Source: a virus. Taken from it: a stretch of 64,000 nucleotides of DNA. Location: positions 32,001-96,000 of IMG/VR virus record IMGVR_UViG_3300045051_000172; one strand, given 5' to 3'. Below, piece after piece: positions 44,198 through 53,951 of this stretch. Each line of letters starts with the position of its first letter. The first letter of the stretch is position 1. A program made the translations under genes and the position numbers. The notes beneath the pieces are model-generated. The model saw nothing but the letters and a program-made list of their open reading frames with translations, ran no database searches and was not told the origin of the DNA.

Positions 44198-44790
44198 CTT
44201 CAACCCTCCTAGCGTTATGCTTGGTCGGGCAGTTCGAAATCAAAGATGTAGAACAAGCCAACAAAGTCATCAACGCGCTCCAACCAGAACTCACGGATGA
44301 ACAGGCAATGGACCTTTCTTGGGCCGTTGTCGTAAATGCGCCCAAAGCTGGAATTCCATGGACCAAGTTCCTCGCGGTCCTCTTCCAAGAATCCTCATTG
44401 TGGTTAGATCCTAAAGGCTGCATGGAAGGCAAGAAATGCCATGACTACGGAGTCGGCCAGGTTAATTGGCGAACTTGGGGAGAAGAACTGAATTTAGATC
44501 GATACAAATTACTCACCGATTATGCGTATTCGGTCAAAGTGAGTGCCGAAGTTTTCGCGCATTATCACGCAAAATATAGCAAAAAAGACCCTAAGAATTG
44601 GTGGGGTTTCTACCATTCTAAGACTCCTAGCCTTAAACGGGCTTATCAGGCAAGGGTTCGGGGCGTACATGCTAAAATAGTCGGAGAACTAGAGGTAGAG
44701 CCAAATGAATCAAGAGTTTTCGACATTTCCGAATCAGACCGTTGCGTATTTGGACCAGGAGAAAAAACATCCTTACGTTCAGCTCCGTAA
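44194..44790 (+). CDS. SLT-like lytic transglycosylase with N-terminal signal/anchor
   Basis: Catalytic Glu in 'FQESSL', 'DYGVGQVN', 'GFYHS'. Confidence 0.7.
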   Translation: MTSTLLALCLVGQFEIKDVEQANKVINALQPELTDEQAMDLSWAVVVNAPKAGIPWTKFLAVLFQESSLWLDPKGCMEGKKCHDYGVGQVNWRTWGEELNLDRYKLLTDYAYSVKVSAEVFAHYHAKYSKKDPKNWWGFYHSKTPSLKRAYQARVRGVHAKIVGELEVEPNESRVFDISESDRCVFGPGEKTSLRSAP

Positions 44791-45289
44791 CCATTTCATC
44801 AAGTCCGACGAGACTCCTGAAGAATTTGCCATTAACCGAGGCCTGTCTGAATCAGCTTTAGAGATCATTAAAACCGAACGCTGGGTAGCCTTGCGCGACA
44901 CGCTCCGATCCCAACATGAGGATGTCTATAAGACCGTCGCGGCGTATTACGTCGACAGCTCCCTGAAGTACGAAATCGAACTCTATGAACTCAAAGCTGC
45001 CCAACTGATGGACGAGGTCAATTATTTCCGACGATACAAAGAAAAGTACGGGGACCTCTTCAAAAGAAACGCAGAAGGTGACTTGGTCTTAGACCATTAC
45101 GGAAGACCTCTGACTCATGACATCCCTTCTGGGTTAGCCGACCGCTCCGCGCACATCATGGAGTATCTTGAGAATTTAGGAAAGATCGATAACGTGCATC
45201 GAAGATTAAGAGGGGAGATTATAGAAATCGATGCCAGCACTTCGACGGTCGATCCTCTAGCCGGATTACTTGAAAGCCGAAAAATATGA
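44705..45289 (+). CDS. Terminase small subunit candidate
   Basis: HTH-like N-terminal region; directly upstream of and overlapping the large terminase. Confidence 0.45.
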   Translation: MNQEFSTFPNQTVAYLDQEKKHPYVQLRNHFIKSDETPEEFAINRGLSESALEIIKTERWVALRDTLRSQHEDVYKTVAAYYVDSSLKYEIELYELKAAQLMDEVNYFRRYKEKYGDLFKRNAEGDLVLDHYGRPLTHDIPSGLADRSAHIMEYLENLGKIDNVHRRLRGEIIEIDASTSTVDPLAGLLESRKI

Positions 45290-47148
45290 GCGTAATGCCC
45301 CTAAAAGAATTAGTCGACAAACTTTCGGACATTGAGTTTGCTCGAACCTTCGCAAAGCATCGAGAAAGAATCTTAAGTGATCCCATTGCATTTTTCATTA
45401 AGGGAACTGGATATCTTGATTTCCTTCCCAGTGCTGCGCAATCCGTAGCGTTGAAACTTGCATTCGGACAAACCCTTGATGACACGGTCAAATATTTAGT
45501 TCCTCAAGAACGAATGACGGCTGATGGAACTTTTTGCTTAATGGATTCTGAAATGACGGAATTCGAACTCTATAACTACATGACCGACATAAATTATGAC
45601 AAGACTAAAAATCCTGTTCTGAATTATTTGGATTTCATCGTCGGTCGTCGGGGCGGGAAAACTACCCTAGCTGCGGCACTTTCATGCTTTTGTTCTATCA
45701 AGGAAGATTGGTCTAAATACCTAGAAAAGACGCCAGTAGCTACCATTTTGATCTTGTCACCCACAAAGGAACTTTCTCAGGAAATTCTTGAAATTGTTCG
45801 GAACATGTACCAGAACTCTCCAGTCTTGAATCGTTTAATCGACACCAAGAAGAGAAATACTCAGAGCACGTTCAATATCAAAGTGCCATTCATCGAAATT
45901 GTGGATGGCAAGGAACAAGTTCATTTTTCCAGAGTTCAAATTAAAGTAGGGGCCGCGAGTAAGAAGACTACTCGGGGTATCGCAGCTTGCGCGGTGATAT
46001 GCGACGAAATTTCATTCTGGGGAACCGACGAAAAGTTCGCTGAAACTGACGTTGATATTTTGCGAGCCGTTAAGCCAGCTCAAGCTCAGTTCAAAGACAA
46101 ATTCTTACTTATTAAGCTTTCATCTCCCGGGATCAAGCAAGGGGTTCTCTACGATGAATATCAAAAACGATTTGAACTTCCAGAAAGCTACGCAGTATTT
46201 AAAGCCCCATCTTGGGTTTGGAACCCTTCGAAATTTACTGAAGGATTCCTTCGAACGGAATTGGACTTAGATCCAACAGGATTCGCGTCAGAATATCGCG
46301 GCGACTTCGTTGACTCCTTGTCCGACTTTATTTCTCCGGAAAGCTTGGATGCGACGATTCTCAAGGGTAAAACCTTTCTTACGCCTGAAGCCAAAGGCGA
46401 AGACGCTGTATATACAGCAGCAATCGACGCGGCCTTTAAGGGGGACCGTTTTGCCTTTACGGTCATGGGACAACATGGCGCGCGCATCAAGCAGTACGTC
46501 ATGAACACCTGGCAAGGTACTCGAAAAGATCCAGTTAAGTCGAGGGAAGTGGCTCAGTACATTTCCACAGTTTGCAAAGAATTCGGAATCTCAAGGGTCC
46601 ATGCGGACCAATACGCATTTCAACCCTTGAAGGAAATCTTCGAACAATACGGAGTGAATCTCATAGAAACTCCGTTCACGAATACTTTCAAGAAGCAAAT
46701 TTATTACAACCTGAAGCAAATGATCCATAATTTAAAGATTGACCTTCTTGATAATCACATAAACATTAGTGAAATCAAACAGTTAAAGGTTGAACAGACC
46801 TCAACGGGTCTGGTTAGAATTGGTCACCCTCCGGGCGGACATGATGACTGCGCGGACGTTACTGCGATTTCGACCTACATTTTGGCCATGAATATGAACA
46901 AGGGCGGAGTCCTCGATGTGGCTGAGATTGCAGGAGACTTTGGTATGGATTACAATCCAGATGCGAATACGATTAGCCAGGCCCCTTCGGCGGAAATGCT
47001 GGGAGCGATGTATGGCTATGAAATTTTCAATAATTCTGCGATGTACGTTAGGGACCCAAAAGACGGCCAAATGAAGCGATATGACGAAATGGAAGAGGCC
47101 GATGAAGATAAATCAGGGGAAGTCGGCGGAGACTTTGTTTTTGCCTAA
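45286..47148 (+). CDS. terL: Terminase large subunit
   Basis: Walker A 'VGRRGGKT', Walker B 'VICDE', 'LSSP', nuclease 'AIDAAF' and 'HDDCAD'. Confidence 0.9.
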   Translation: MSVMPLKELVDKLSDIEFARTFAKHRERILSDPIAFFIKGTGYLDFLPSAAQSVALKLAFGQTLDDTVKYLVPQERMTADGTFCLMDSEMTEFELYNYMTDINYDKTKNPVLNYLDFIVGRRGGKTTLAAALSCFCSIKEDWSKYLEKTPVATILILSPTKELSQEILEIVRNMYQNSPVLNRLIDTKKRNTQSTFNIKVPFIEIVDGKEQVHFSRVQIKVGAASKKTTRGIAACAVICDEISFWGTDEKFAETDVDILRAVKPAQAQFKDKFLLIKLSSPGIKQGVLYDEYQKRFELPESYAVFKAPSWVWNPSKFTEGFLRTELDLDPTGFASEYRGDFVDSLSDFISPESLDATILKGKTFLTPEAKGEDAVYTAAIDAAFKGDRFAFTVMGQHGARIKQYVMNTWQGTRKDPVKSREVAQYISTVCKEFGISRVHADQYAFQPLKEIFEQYGVNLIETPFTNTFKKQIYYNLKQMIHNLKIDLLDNHINISEIKQLKVEQTSTGLVRIGHPPGGHDDCADVTAISTYILAMNMNKGGVLDVAEIAGDFGMDYNPDANTISQAPSAEMLGAMYGYEIFNNSAMYVRDPKDGQMKRYDEMEEADEDKSGEVGGDFVFA

Positions 47149-47200
47149 AACAGCCCCGTATGCTAAGATAAAGGTTGAAATTCTTCGGTTATAGGAGCTT

Positions 47201-47590
47201 ATGATGTCTAAATTTTTGGATTTACAACTCAAATTCTTGTCTTACGATAGTTCTGCCGAATCCAACGACCCAGCCGATGCGATTAAACTCGCCACTAAGG
47301 TGCAAGAATCGGCGGTCACTGAAGTGTTTCGCATTCAGACTTCCATTCCTACGGCAACGGTAGATCAAGCCGTGACCCTTCCAGATGCGGCAACGGATTA
47401 TTTAATCATCTTGTCGGATCGAGAGATTTCAGTCAAGCTGAATGGAAACTCCGATGTTCAAGTTTTAAAGCCCAAAACTCCAGGCAAAAAATGTCTGGTA
47501 CTCATGATTAGAGGGACTGTTTCCGGATTGAGCATTTCAAATGCTTCTGGAACTGCAGCGAACTTAGATCTAATCATGGTTAATATTTAA
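47201..47590 (+). CDS. Hypothetical beta-rich virion protein
   Basis: It lies between terminase and portal, with a TGcTAAGAT promoter and AGGAG RBS. Confidence 0.55.
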   Translation: MMSKFLDLQLKFLSYDSSAESNDPADAIKLATKVQESAVTEVFRIQTSIPTATVDQAVTLPDAATDYLIILSDREISVKLNGNSDVQVLKPKTPGKKCLVLMIRGTVSGLSISNASGTAANLDLIMVNI

Positions 47591-47598
47591 GGAATTCT

Positions 47599-49572
47599 AT
47601 GGCAGACGGCGACAACAAAGAAGGTATCCTTTCGAAAGCCTTGAATGCTTTTGAAAATTACTTGGACAATCGGATGGAGAAGGGCGCTAAAGTAGAGCCT
47701 GATTTTGCTCCAGTCGAAGAAGACGTACTTTATCGAAAAAGTGCTTACAAAGATCCGAGCTACTCAATCGGAGCCCAAGGATACCAAGATAAGACCGCTC
47801 GCTTGAGCTTCAACTTGCTCAGAGAAATGGCCGTTCGAGATACCGTCGTTTCCGCAATCATTCAAAATTATCAAAACGATGTTTCAGACTTCGCGAAGCC
47901 CGCCAAAGCAAAATACGAAAAAGGCTTCAAAATTGTTCCGAAGAACGAAAGACAAAAGATTTTAAAACTCATTGCAGAACTCTTTCCTGAACAAAAGTCT
48001 GAGAAGAAAGAAGAGAAAGACTTTAATAAAGCCTCTGATCCTCTTTTAAACAAAGAAGAAGCGATGGACAAAGAGGACAACAATCTGAGCGAAGATTTGA
48101 TTGATGATGCGATCAATGAAGCCAGCCAAGTAGTAGCCGAACCTCTTACTCTCCGTGAAAAAGAACGGATTGCCAAGGAAGAACTTGTTCGAAGAAATCT
48201 TGAGAAGATTGAAAAGCTCAAAGACTTAGTCATGAGCTGCGGAAATTTAGAGAATCGAAGTTTTGAAGATCGACGATGGAACTTTGAAGGTCTCCTTCGA
48301 GCCATTGTTCGAGATACCCTTACCTTCGATCAGTATGCAATTGAACGTATTCCAAACAATGAAGGCAAGCTCAATCACTGGGTTCCAGTTGACGGAGCGA
48401 CTATTCGATTTGCAACTCCGGCTTTAAAACAACAAAAGGGTCAAATAGCCAGCGAATTCGGTTACGATATTCTTTTTCCTGAGAAGGAATTAGAAGCTAT
48501 GCAACAATCAGACGCGATTCAATTGGACGAAAAGAAACTTGAAAACGACGAGTATAAATGGGTTCAAGTTATTAGAGGCAAGATCGAGCGCGGCTTCACA
48601 GAACAAGAACTTGTGGTTGGTATGCGTAACCCTACGACCAATGTTTATTCAAACGGTTACTCTGTCCCTGAATTAGAAGTGCTGGTCAATACGATTTCCT
48701 CACATATTTTCACTGAAAACTACAACCGAATGTATTTCACCCAAGGGTTTTCAGCCAAAGGTATCCTGCACATTAAGGCTCCACTTCCTCGACGTAAGTT
48801 AGAAGCTTTCCGCCTTCAATGGAATCACCTTTTGAAAGGTAATAAGAACTCCTTCCAAACTCCGATTGTTTCTGGTATGGACGAGATTCAATGGATTCCT
48901 TTGACTCAGAATCATTCTGATATGGAATTTTCCAATTGGATGAACTACCTCATTAAGATTATTTGTTCTTTGTTCCAAATTGATCCAATGGAAATTGGCT
49001 TCGGAATGAAAGAAGAAGGCCGAACCGGCGGGAACATGGGCGGAGACAACACTCAAGAGAAGCTCAAGCTTTCTCGCGAAAAGGGTCTCAAGCCAATGAT
49101 GACTCATCTTCAAAACTTCTTCAATCAAAATATTATCAATCAAATCGATCCTGAATTTGAATTGGTATTCGTAGGTTTAGACGATGAATCTCAACAAGAA
49201 GCTATTAGTCGTCAAGAAAAAGAAGTTAAGTTCAAGAAGACTGTAAACGAGATTCGAGCGGAAGACGAACTTCCTCCTCTCGACGGATGCGACAAGTTAT
49301 TGCTCGATCCAAACTACATGCAGTATTACATGAACATGAGTCCAGACGGTCTCAAAGCCAAGCAACAAATGAATGAACAGCAAATGCAAATGCAATCGAT
49401 GCAAGATGGCACTTTGGCTGATCCGAAAGTTGGAGAAGAGCTTGAGAATCAAAAAGATCAACCGGAAGAAGAAGAAGTTGGCACGGCTTCGGTCAATCCA
49501 CAAAAAGCTCCCGAAGAAGAAGTACAGAAGTCACTCCTAACCATCGAGCACTATACGCTCCCTAAGGAGTAA
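47599..49572 (+). CDS. Portal protein
   Basis: 'DTLTFDQYAIERIPNNEGKLNHWVPVDGATIR', 'GYSVPELE', 'IICSLFQIDPMEIG', 'KTVNEIRAEDELPP'; position after terL. Confidence 0.88.
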   Translation: MADGDNKEGILSKALNAFENYLDNRMEKGAKVEPDFAPVEEDVLYRKSAYKDPSYSIGAQGYQDKTARLSFNLLREMAVRDTVVSAIIQNYQNDVSDFAKPAKAKYEKGFKIVPKNERQKILKLIAELFPEQKSEKKEEKDFNKASDPLLNKEEAMDKEDNNLSEDLIDDAINEASQVVAEPLTLREKERIAKEELVRRNLEKIEKLKDLVMSCGNLENRSFEDRRWNFEGLLRAIVRDTLTFDQYAIERIPNNEGKLNHWVPVDGATIRFATPALKQQKGQIASEFGYDILFPEKELEAMQQSDAIQLDEKKLENDEYKWVQVIRGKIERGFTEQELVVGMRNPTTNVYSNGYSVPELEVLVNTISSHIFTENYNRMYFTQGFSAKGILHIKAPLPRRKLEAFRLQWNHLLKGNKNSFQTPIVSGMDEIQWIPLTQNHSDMEFSNWMNYLIKIICSLFQIDPMEIGFGMKEEGRTGGNMGGDNTQEKLKLSREKGLKPMMTHLQNFFNQNIINQIDPEFELVFVGLDDESQQEAISRQEKEVKFKKTVNEIRAEDELPPLDGCDKLLLDPNYMQYYMNMSPDGLKAKQQMNEQQMQMQSMQDGTLADPKVGEELENQKDQPEEEEVGTASVNPQKAPEEEVQKSLLTIEHYTLPKE

Positions 49573-49573
49573 A

Positions 49574-49807
49574 ATGGACTCGGAACTAAAAATTAAGATC
49601 GAACGTCCTGAAGGAATGACCCAAGAGGAAGCCGAAGAGCTTATCTATAAAGCTTTGTCTATGCCCCGTCAAGGTGAAGCCCATCAAGAAGAATTTCAAG
49701 ATCCAGCGATGCAGAGCGTAGTAGACATCATGACTAAGCTGCATAAAAATATTGCCAAAGACATTGCGGCTGAAATTTTCTCCCAACTTGATAAGGAAGA
49801 ATTCTAA
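49574..49807 (+). CDS. Small head-module protein
   Basis: 77 aa after the portal; contains the putative maturation site 'IYKALS'. Confidence 0.55.
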   Translation: MDSELKIKIERPEGMTQEEAEELIYKALSMPRQGEAHQEEFQDPAMQSVVDIMTKLHKNIAKDIAAEIFSQLDKEEF

Positions 49808-50700
49808 TGGTTATCAATAACGAGACCATTGAAGCGATCAGAAAGATCATTGCGAAGAACTATAATCGTCTCGCAATTGCGGTTCTTGGGCGCAATAATG
49901 TTCCCGAAGAAGTTCGAGAGCAATTTCCAGACTTGGATTCAAATCCTCTTTTGGCCATGGTTTACTATCATAATTATTTGAACGAACAGGGTTCTGCAGA
50001 TGCCCCGACTGATTATTCGGAAATGCAAGCCCAGCAACAGCCAGATAATCTCCCTCAAGGAGAAGCCCATAGACAGTCAGTTGACTTTGTCAATTCCAAT
50101 ATTTATCAATTGATTGAAAAGCAAAAGGCTGAAGTTGAATCCCGGGTTGTCGGTTTAGTACGAGACAACAACAATCAGTATAAGGCTGACGCCCTCCAAA
50201 ACCTGGATCGAACCGAATATGGCGATTCGGTCGCGAAGGAAAGAACCGTCCCAGAGCTTAAAAAACGTATCGAAAATTATCTTGAAACGGATGCCAAGAG
50301 AGACTGGAATCGAATTACCAACACAGAAGTCAGCAATGCGCTCGGACAGGGTTCAGTTGACCGAGTCGTATCTCAGAACAAGGATAAGAACCTATTTGAA
50401 GTTTTTGTCTATAGGGTCAATCCAGACGATGGACGAACCTGCAAATATTGTCGCAAATTTTATATAGACAATGACTCGTCCCCTAAAGTTTACAGACTAT
50501 CGACCCTCCTATCCAATGGGACAAACTATGGCAAGAAGGCCGTAGACTGGCGTCCAGTGCCCACTTCAACCCATCCCAACTGCCGCGACTCCCAGATTGT
50601 GGAACTTCGTCCAGGCTGGGCCGTAAAGCCGGGAGGCAAGGTTACCTACATCGGCATGGAAAAATGGCCGGAATACATTCGATCCAAAGTCACAGCTTGA
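49807..50700 (+). CDS. Head morphogenesis protein (Mu gpF/SPP1 gp7-like)
   Basis: 'RITNTEVSNALGQG', 'DGRTCKYC', 'HPNCR'. Confidence 0.75.
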   Translation: MVINNETIEAIRKIIAKNYNRLAIAVLGRNNVPEEVREQFPDLDSNPLLAMVYYHNYLNEQGSADAPTDYSEMQAQQQPDNLPQGEAHRQSVDFVNSNIYQLIEKQKAEVESRVVGLVRDNNNQYKADALQNLDRTEYGDSVAKERTVPELKKRIENYLETDAKRDWNRITNTEVSNALGQGSVDRVVSQNKDKNLFEVFVYRVNPDDGRTCKYCRKFYIDNDSSPKVYRLSTLLSNGTNYGKKAVDWRPVPTSTHPNCRDSQIVELRPGWAVKPGGKVTYIGMEKWPEYIRSKVTA

Positions 50701-50725
50701 CACTTATAAAGCCCTTTGATACGCT
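50697..50725 (+). promoter_or_regulatory. Promoter TTGACA-17-TACGCT giving a leaderless mRNA
   Basis: ATG 50732 is 6 nt after the -10 hexamer and has no SD. Confidence 0.55.
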
Positions 50726-50731
50726 ATTCTC

Positions 50732-51247
50732 ATGGCAGCAGATCAGAGTTCATTCAATCAAACTCTTCAAAATAATATTCAGAATTTGAAGAAGAAACAA
50801 CGTGAGTTGGAACTTATCGCTAAAGTAGTTGATTTCGTTGGCAAACTTCCTGATGAAGAAGCTGATTTCAAAGACACGGCTGAGAAGGTTCGAGATCTTT
50901 TTACTCAATTCTCCGCAAAAACCATTGAGCTTATCGAAGCCGGGGCCCTAACAGGTCGAAGACTCCCAAAGCCAACACAAGCTGCCTTACCTGATTTGCA
51001 AGAAGCTCCCCGTCCAGAAGACAACGGAGCCACCGTTTCTAAACTCCCTACTCCCCAACCTGACAAACTCCAATTCTTAATTGCTTGGAGGCACATGGAT
51101 GGAAAGCGCGTCAAGATCGGCGAAGAGATGGGAACGGTCAGAGGTTGCGATGCCCCTGAGTTAGTCGTTGCATTAGACAATGGAACCACAGCAAGAGTTA
51201 GACCTGAAACTTTACAGATGAATCAGCAAGCAGGAAAAGGAAAATAA
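50732..51247 (+). CDS. Hypothetical protein (coiled coil plus small C-terminal SH3-like beta domain)
   Basis: 171 aa; the C-terminal 'GKRVKIGEEMGTVRG...LVVALDNGTTARV' has an SH3/KOW-like strand pattern. Confidence 0.6.
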   Translation: MAADQSSFNQTLQNNIQNLKKKQRELELIAKVVDFVGKLPDEEADFKDTAEKVRDLFTQFSAKTIELIEAGALTGRRLPKPTQAALPDLQEAPRPEDNGATVSKLPTPQPDKLQFLIAWRHMDGKRVKIGEEMGTVRGCDAPELVVALDNGTTARVRPETLQMNQQAGKGK

Positions 51248-51248
51248 C

Positions 51249-51806
51249 ATGAGCGGAAAACACCCTACAAATAGTTTTGCAAACTTAGTCGCACAAACCG
51301 CGAATAAACAAGCCAAAGATCATTTGGAACCGTTTATTCAAGCCACTGTCATCAAGAATGTTGCTCAAGCGGCGGGAATCGTCGAAGGCAATTTGAAGCG
51401 ATTCTTGGCAAACGCTCTGACTCGATTGGCTGTTTTGGAAAAGATCGCGATCTCCAAGGGTTTAATCTCTGAAGAAGAGATCAGCGAAGGCATCTTGAAT
51501 CAAGAAGATGAAAGCTGGGGATATGCTAAGACTTCAGAAGCCGCCTCTGAAAAAAGTTTAGTTCGACTTGTTGTTCGCAAAAAAGGTAAAGACCAAACTG
51601 AGTTTGCTCTCCCTTACAATCTTCTTGTTCCTTCAGTTGGACAAGGCGCATCAGAACTTTCAAAAGAAGTAGAGACCGCTTTAGTCGGATTGGCTGTTGG
51701 AGATAAAAAAGAAATTCAAGATGGAGATACGACTTTAGAAGTTACCGTCACCCGAGTTTCTAAGAAAAAGGAAGAAGCTAATGTCGAACAAAGTCAAAAA
51801 AATTAA
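51249..51806 (+). CDS. Protein with C-terminal trigger-factor/FKBP-like domain
   Basis: 'VGQGASELSKEVETALVGLAVGDKKEI...LEVTVTRV' resembles the FKBP domain of trigger factor/SlyD. Confidence 0.45.
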   Translation: MSGKHPTNSFANLVAQTANKQAKDHLEPFIQATVIKNVAQAAGIVEGNLKRFLANALTRLAVLEKIAISKGLISEEEISEGILNQEDESWGYAKTSEAASEKSLVRLVVRKKGKDQTEFALPYNLLVPSVGQGASELSKEVETALVGLAVGDKKEIQDGDTTLEVTVTRVSKKKEEANVEQSQKN

Positions 51807-52050
51807 GGGAAATCGAGTAGTCCTCGTTAAGCCTACTGCGACTCAGAAACGAGATGGAGCCTTTTTCGTTCCTGAAGTTTCTACGAATGTCGGAGTAGTT
51901 AAGTTCATTGGAGACGAAGTAGCCGAAAGCTACGGCCTCAAAGTTGGCATGAGAGTGATTTATCTTACTCAGCATGAACAAGTTCAAATGGAGAACGAGA
52001 CCGTTTTCATCATGGAACCTTCCAACATTGTTGCTGAGTTGGAGGACTAA
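51781..52050 (+). CDS. groS: Co-chaperonin GroES (Cpn10)
   Basis: 'KIKGNRVVLVK', short mobile loop 'DGAFFVP', 'GVVKFIG', 'LKVGMRVIY', 'IMEPSNIVAEL'. Confidence 0.8.
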   Translation: MSNKVKKIKGNRVVLVKPTATQKRDGAFFVPEVSTNVGVVKFIGDEVAESYGLKVGMRVIYLTQHEQVQMENETVFIMEPSNIVAELED

Positions 52051-52053
52051 ACT

Positions 52054-52908
52054 TTGAAAGCCAAATCTACGATTCACCGGGATCAGAGTGCCCTAGAGAA
52101 CTATCTGGTCTACGGAATTCATATCTCAAACCGAAAGATATACTTTGGTACGGCTTCCCCTACGGAAGGAGAGCCGGGGGATCAGTCTGATTTCGGACAC
52201 AATTCAGTTGCCCTTTATATACGGGCCATCGATCTCATGGTTGAGATGTCCAGCAAACCAATAGAGCTTCACATGACTTCATACGGCGGAGACCCGTACT
52301 TCATGCTCGCGCTCAAGGATAAGATTCTCGAATCCCCAGTCAAGTTTAAATTCTACGGTCGGGGCCGGATCGCCTCAGCCGCGACCTGGATTATGGCGGT
52401 CTGTGACGAGCGCTATCTTTCTGAGGATACTGTGGTCATGATCCATAACGGGTCTACCTATTATCAAGATTTCTCCGGCAAGGTTCCAATGACCGATGCC
52501 AGCATTATGGCTGAACACGACGAGATCCTCCAAGATCGTTTGAATACGATTTTCGCTGAGAACTCTCGAATGCCTAAAGAATTTTATGACATGATCGTGA
52601 AGCGAGATTGCTTCATGACAGCCAAAGAAACAATCATGCTTGGATTGGCCGATGAAATCATCCCTCACCGCAAGAGAGCCAGTCTACGACAAAGGCGTAT
52701 CGAGAATCTCAAAGACGCTCCCAGAGCCATTGACATTCAGAGATTAGTCAATCGCTTGGTCAAGAGAACTCACATTGACAATGCGGCGCTTAAATTCACC
52801 TTTAATATTCAAAAAGAGAAATCAGAAGAATTACCGGATTACGATAATTCGATAAACGAGCTGGGTAAGCTTGGAATCTCGGAGACTCCGGATGAATCTG
52901 ATAAGTAA
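52054..52908 (+). CDS. clpP: ClpP-like serine protease 1 (TTG start) with C-terminal extension
   Basis: 'IELHMTSYGG'; Ser 'IASAA', His 'MIHN', Asp 'RDCFMTAKE...GLADEI'. Confidence 0.82.
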   Translation: MKAKSTIHRDQSALENYLVYGIHISNRKIYFGTASPTEGEPGDQSDFGHNSVALYIRAIDLMVEMSSKPIELHMTSYGGDPYFMLALKDKILESPVKFKFYGRGRIASAATWIMAVCDERYLSEDTVVMIHNGSTYYQDFSGKVPMTDASIMAEHDEILQDRLNTIFAENSRMPKEFYDMIVKRDCFMTAKETIMLGLADEIIPHRKRASLRQRRIENLKDAPRAIDIQRLVNRLVKRTHIDNAALKFTFNIQKEKSEELPDYDNSINELGKLGISETPDESDK

Positions 52909-53674
52909 ATTGATCGAAAAACATCTCAAAGACAAGGATGTTCAAGCCTTTTCTAAGCCTGGCAAAAATTTCTCATTAAATCCCTCGGTCCTCGGAGACG
53001 ATTGTCTTCGAAAGAAATACTTCTCATATTTTCGAATGCCCCAGAAGGCCAAAGAGATTGACAATATTTTGATTCTTGAGAGCGGAAACACCGTTCATGA
53101 GCGAGTTCAAGACTGGCTCGGAGATCTGGGAATAGCCATAGATTATCTCGATCCCAAGACTGGAAAAGTGCCAGTAAATTACTATACGGGTAAGAAAGAT
53201 ATAGAATTTCCAATCTCAATTCCTCAACTTTTAATTCAAAAAGGTAAGATAGATCGAGTCTGCCTTATGGATGACGAACTATGGCTTATTGAGGTCAAAT
53301 CCATAGGTAGCGAGCAATATAAGAAATTGGATGAACCCAAATTTGACCATACAATTCAAGGAACCGTTTATTTATTTGGATTCGAAATGTGTCTTCAAGC
53401 TGGCAATTACGACCACATTCCAAAGTTGCGCCGAGACATGGTTCCGAAGGGTTTGAAATTCATTTACGTCAATCGAGATACTGGTCAGATGAAGGAATAT
53501 TTCCTAGAAAGAAATGAATCTCTTTTTGTGAGAATTTGTAAGGATATTCAAGAGTTAGCTTATTACATTTTGAACAAAGAACTTCCGCCTCCACCCAAAG
53601 GTGGCATGTGTAAGTTTTGTCCGTATCCAGAATTGTGCGGTAAAAATTTGAATCCCCCTGGAGAAAATAAGTAG
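52892..53674 (+). CDS. Cas4-like/PD-(D/E)XK exonuclease with 4Fe-4S-type cysteines (start moved to ATG 52892)
   Basis: 'DDCLRK', 'GKID', 'IEVKS', 'QGTVY', C-terminal 'CKFCPYPELC'. Confidence 0.78.
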   Translation: MNLISKLIEKHLKDKDVQAFSKPGKNFSLNPSVLGDDCLRKKYFSYFRMPQKAKEIDNILILESGNTVHERVQDWLGDLGIAIDYLDPKTGKVPVNYYTGKKDIEFPISIPQLLIQKGKIDRVCLMDDELWLIEVKSIGSEQYKKLDEPKFDHTIQGTVYLFGFEMCLQAGNYDHIPKLRRDMVPKGLKFIYVNRDTGQMKEYFLERNESLFVRICKDIQELAYYILNKELPPPPKGGMCKFCPYPELCGKNLNPPGENK

Positions 53675-53693
53675 GGGAATCCAACAGTATATC

Positions 53694-53951
53694 ATGGGCC
53701 TGCGGTTGAATCCGACGCAGAATCTTGGTATGCTTTATAATATGAGTAGAGACTCGACGGAAGTCAAATTATTAACGATTCGGCAGAGGTACAGAGATGC
53801 CTTGGACTTTTACACAAGTTCTCGTGTTCTCCCTTTGAAACGGGTTCACTACCTCCGAACACAGTTAGAAGTTTGCACCGAACTCCTGACTCTTTATCAG
53901 AACGCGAAACTAGAAAGGGTCAAACATGGAAAAACTAATCAAGCTTCTTAA
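53694..53951 (+). CDS. Hypothetical protein (start uncertain)
   Basis: ORF filling the gap between the nuclease and the second ClpP gene. Confidence 0.45.
   Translation: MGLRLNPTQNLGMLYNMSRDSTEVKLLTIRQRYRDALDFYTSSRVLPLKRVHYLRTQLEVCTELLTLYQNAKLERVKHGKTNQAS

Noticed and set aside
34451-47148. Inteins or introns in polA, primase-helicase, recA-like or terL
   Set aside because: The catalytic motifs are contiguous at normal spacing; no C/S...HN splice junctions, LAGLIDADG blocks or frame breaks were seen.
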